Shown: positions 59,981 through 64,000 of the stretch, piece after piece
Numbering within the stretch: position 1 is the stretch's first letter
How the letters are laid out: each line of letters opens with the position of its first letter
Assembly: GCA_035221665.1 (NCBI GenBank)
Contig: CM069134.1
Coordinates: forward strand, 17,546,001 to 17,610,000
DNA: 64,000 nt
Origin: Okamejei kenojei
Taxonomy: Eukaryota
Reading direction: 5' to 3'
Notes under the pieces: generated by a model
The model's input: the letters and a program-made list of their open reading frames with translations, nothing else
What the model was told of the DNA's origin: nothing
Databases searched by the model: none
Made by a program: the position numbers and the translations under genes

Positions 59981-62069
59981 AGTTTCTCCAGCTTTTTGTG
60001 TCCCTCTCCTGAGCTGGGACTCGATGGGGACCCACGGCACAGACACCCCAATCACAACATAAACCAAAACATACCGATCTGGTGCGAACAGGTCGTCCCA
60101 ACGCCGGATCCTTGTGAAGGAGGCCTCCAGCGGCTCAATCCTCTGAGTCACTTTTACTGCCTCCTTTCAAAAGGAAACTTTTTAAACAATATTCTTCCTT
60201 GTTCAATTGCATCTATGATTTTTTATTTTATTTTGTTAGGAGCTGGATATCTTTTCTCAGTAGTGGGATATTGAGAGCGCCTGTCGTTTAAATCGAGCAC
60301 AGCTACCACCATTAGGAAGTTCCAGATAATTTCAGGAAGTAACCTGAATGGCGAATTATTGTGTCGCAGAGCACCTCAGGAAAAATCGTTCAGGAAAAAA
60401 CTTCCCTGAACTATTGGATTTTTTTGTGCTTGTTAATACCTTAAGCACGAGTTAATAGTTTGGTTTTAAAACTAACTTGAGAACAAAGTAACCACGAACA
60501 TTAATGTTACCTTGTTAAGATTAAATGTGAAAAGAAAAGTGACAGTTTAAATTAAAAAAAATAATAACAAAAAGATTGAATACTGGACATAAGAAGTAAA
60601 AACAAAATGCTGAAGCTCTTACAGGGTATGTGGTACATGTGGGTCTAAGAAGCTTTCCCATTATTAACCTAGAATTACACAGCATGGAAATAGACCCTTT
60701 GGCCCAACATCCATGTTGACCAAAATGCTAGTCCTATTTGGCTCGTGCTTCTATGAGCCTTTCCTATTCATGTACGATAGGTAATGGGTGATACATTGGT
60801 GTATCTGGTAGAGTTGCAACCTCACAGCACCAGAGACCTGGGTTTGATCTTGACCTTGGGTGCTGTCTGTTTGCACGTTTTCCCTGTGACTGCATGGGTT
60901 TCATCAGGGTGCTCCCCCTTCCCTCCACATCTCAAAGATGTACGGGTTTGTAGGTTAATTGGCCTTTGTAAATTGCCCCTAGTGTGCCAGCGGTGGTGCA
61001 AAAGTGAAATAACACAGAACTAGTGTGAATGTGCAATTGATGACTGGTGTGGTCTCGGTGGGTTGAATGTTTCAGATGGATTGGTGGTGCTGCTGCTTCC
61101 CAGAGCCAGAGACCTGGGTTCGATCTTGTCTACAGGTACCCAGGGGTCTGGTGCTGTGCAGAGTTTCTGTGTTCTCTACAAGCCTTTACCATCACCTTCT
61201 CTCTTTCTTCTATTGCCAAGCCAATTTTGGATCCATTTGTCAACAACTTAATTTTCTTTCAGATTGTCTCCCACGTAGAGGCCCTACTAAGGTCCATGTA
61301 AATCACATCAATGGTCCTGCCCTCGTCAACACACTTTGTTATTTCTTCAACATTTCAATCAAATTGGTCAGACATAATCTGACCAAGTCATGTTGGCTGT
61401 CTGAGTAGACCCTGCCTTTCCAATATGGAGACATATACTAGATTTCCACCTATGTCTTCACTGAATTCTCCAATTACAAAGTCTGTTTCCTTTTTGGTAT
61501 TGTAATGTAGAATATTGATTTAGGATCTCATTTATACCCTTGACTCCGTACGCAGTTTTTCCCTGTAGTCCCTAATGGGCACTACTTTTTCAGTGGTTAT
61601 TCCTATGCCCTTGGTGTATTTATAGAAATATAGTCTTGATGGTCCTCCCTAGTTATTAGTTCCCAAAATCTGTAAAATGCTTCCTTTTCTCTCTGTCCTG
61701 TGATAGCCTTGGTTCGCCCTACTTGTTACCATGGCTTTTACCTGTATAGAAACATGTTGACAATTAACATTTCCCAACATAGGGGAATCGTAGGTTTAAG
61801 TTGAGAGGTGAATGATAGAAATCTGAGGGGCAACTTTTTCCACAGATGGTGGTTGGTATATGGAACAAGTTGTTAAAAGAAGTAGTTGAGGCTAGTATAA
61901 TGACCACTTTTTAAAGAGATTTGAACAGATACAAAGATATAAAAGGTTTAATGGCAATGGGCCAGAAGCGGGCAAATTGAACAAGCTTAGGTAGGTCATT
62001 ATTGGCATGGACAAGTTGGGCCAAAGGGCCTGTTTCAATGCTCTCTGACTCTTGATATTTCTTCTTTTA

Positions 62070-64000
62070 ATTCTTTCCTTAATGGAGGTGCAGACGTACC
62101 TGCAAATAGGTATTCGTAGTCTATCTTTGCTAGGTTTGCACAAGAAAGCTCTCCTGGACCATAATGCTACACTGGTGGGCATTAAACTAGATTGGCAGGG
62201 GTGTGGGATTCGAAGCGGGACGCTGGAAGGTGGTATGGATGGTGATTAAATAATGTTTTGTGGACAGAATAGGCAGGAAAAAGGCAGGGAGTAAGGAAGG
62301 TTTGGTTTGAATTGGACTTATTTTAATACAAGAGGCCTGACGAGTAAGGGAGATGAACTCGGGGCGAGGATAGCTATGTGCGACGAACATTGTAGCCATT
62401 ACAGAAACCTGGTTCAGAGAGAGACAGGACTGGCACCTTCATGTTCCAAAGTAGAGATGTGTCAGGAACGATAGAGGTAGGAAGTAAAAGAGGAAGAGGA
62501 TTCATAAATCAATTGTTGCTTTATTGATTAAGGGGGATGTCACGGTAGTGAGGCTATTTGGGTGGAGCTGAGAAATAGAAAGGGATGATCACCTTATTGG
62601 GGGGTGTACCACAGATCCTCAAATGGTCAACAGGAATTAGAAGAACAAGTATGCCAGGAGATTAAAGGCAGCTGCAGGACTAATAAAGTTGTTATAGGGG
62701 CTTGTAACTTCCCCAATATTGACTGGGAATGTCATAGTGCAAAGGATTTAGACAGGGCAGAATCTATTAAATTTGTTCATGAAAGTTTCTTCAGGCAATA
62801 TGTAGAGGGCCCTACACGGGAAAGGGCAACGCTTGATCTGGTCTAGTGACCACTGTTATATTAGCTTTAAGATAGTTATGGATAGACACAGGGTAGGGCC
62901 ACAAGTTCTAAATTGGGACAAGGCCAACTTTGAAGGTATTAGCTGGAGTGACTCGGGACAGGCAGCATCTCTAGAGAGAAGGAATGGGTAGTGTTTCGGG
63001 TCGAGACCCTTCAGGTTGTTTGATGGAAAAGGAACGCCTGGAAAGTGGTGATAGACACATAAAACTGGAGTAACTCAGCGGGTCAGACAGCATCTCTGAA
63101 GAAAAGGTTTTGGTGACGTTTTAGGTCAAGACCCTTCTTCAGATTGAGAATCGGGATAAGGGAAATTAGAGATATAGATGGTGATGTAGAGAGATATAGA
63201 ACAAATGAATGAAAGATATGCAAAAAAAGTGACGACGATAAAGGAAACAACAGGCCATTGTTTCCTGAACACATTTAAAGTGGGATGATTTTAAGTGTGG
63301 GACAAGATTCCAGGACTTGCATGTCCTTGTAAGAGTGAAGGGCAAAGCAAGTGGGTGTAAGGAAGCTTGGGTGACAAGTGAAATTGAGACTCCCGTCAAA
63401 AATAAGGAGGGTGGCATGGGGCAGGTATAGGCTGCTGGGATCAAGCGATTCCCTGGAACTGAGGAGCAAGCTAAAAAAGGAAATAAGGAGGGCAAAAAGG
63501 GGACAGCTCTGGCAGATAATATTAAGGATAATTCCAAGCAATTTTGCAAATATATTAAGGGAAAGGGGTAACCTGAGAGAAAATGAGGCCCCTCAGGAAT
63601 CAAAGCGGTCAACTCTGTGTGGAGCCACAGGAGATGGGCAAGGTCCATAATGAGTATTTCTCCTCTGCTTGTACTGTGGATAAAGACATGAGGACTGGGG
63701 AACTTGGCTATCAATGGAAGTGTCTTGAGTCCAGTCAGTGTTACGGACAAGGAGGTGCTGAAGATATAAAGTCTGTCACGTATAAAGATAGACAAATCTC
63801 CTGGGCCTGACCAGATATATCTGAGGACACTGTGGGATGCTAGAGAGGAAATTGCAGGTGCGTTGGCTGAGATTTATGGGTGTCATTAAATACAGGTGAG
63901 GTGCCGGAAAACTGGCGGGTGGCCAATGTTGTGCCTCTATTTAAGAAGGGCTGCAAGGAAAAGGCTGGGAACTACAGGCCTGAGGGTCTAACATCTCTGG
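62070..64000 (+). mobile_element. Degraded CR1 LINE in PDCD6IP intron 1, with Penelope tails at ~62945-63260(-)
   Basis: Motifs ETW, YHR, CNFPNIDW, EGPTRERATLDL, SPGPD and WRVANVVPLFKKG...GNYRP. Confidence 0.85.

Overview
Repeat-dense vertebrate genomic DNA, most likely a cartilaginous fish (inferred from the HE1-like SINEs, CR1/HER1-like LINEs and abundant Penelope-like tails). Two host genes lie head-to-head. On the minus strand are coding exons 1-3 of a CLASP gene (ATG at 20060), called CLASP2 by synteny. On the plus strand is coding exon 1 of PDCD6IP/ALIX (ATG at 59638). Each start sits in a CpG island. The rest is nested mobile DNA: (1) a Gypsy element whose 3' LTR is split by an ~11.3-kb DIRS-like element; (2) two copies of a MITE with 6-bp target-site duplications (TSDs); (3) a non-autonomous Helitron carrying a near full-length CR1, itself inside another CR1; (4) a class I endogenous retrovirus integrase/env remnant interrupted by a Tc1; (5) a 5'-inverted Vingi-like LINE and a short element sharing its 3' end; (6) many Penelope-like tails with minimal hammerhead-ribozyme cores, one of which has expanded into a ~2.25-kb 51-bp satellite just upstream of PDCD6IP. 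There is an N-gap at 18354-18500, and ~40.6-51.3 kb looks indel-rich, possibly a low-accuracy consensus. No database search was run; family names rest on recognised motifs.
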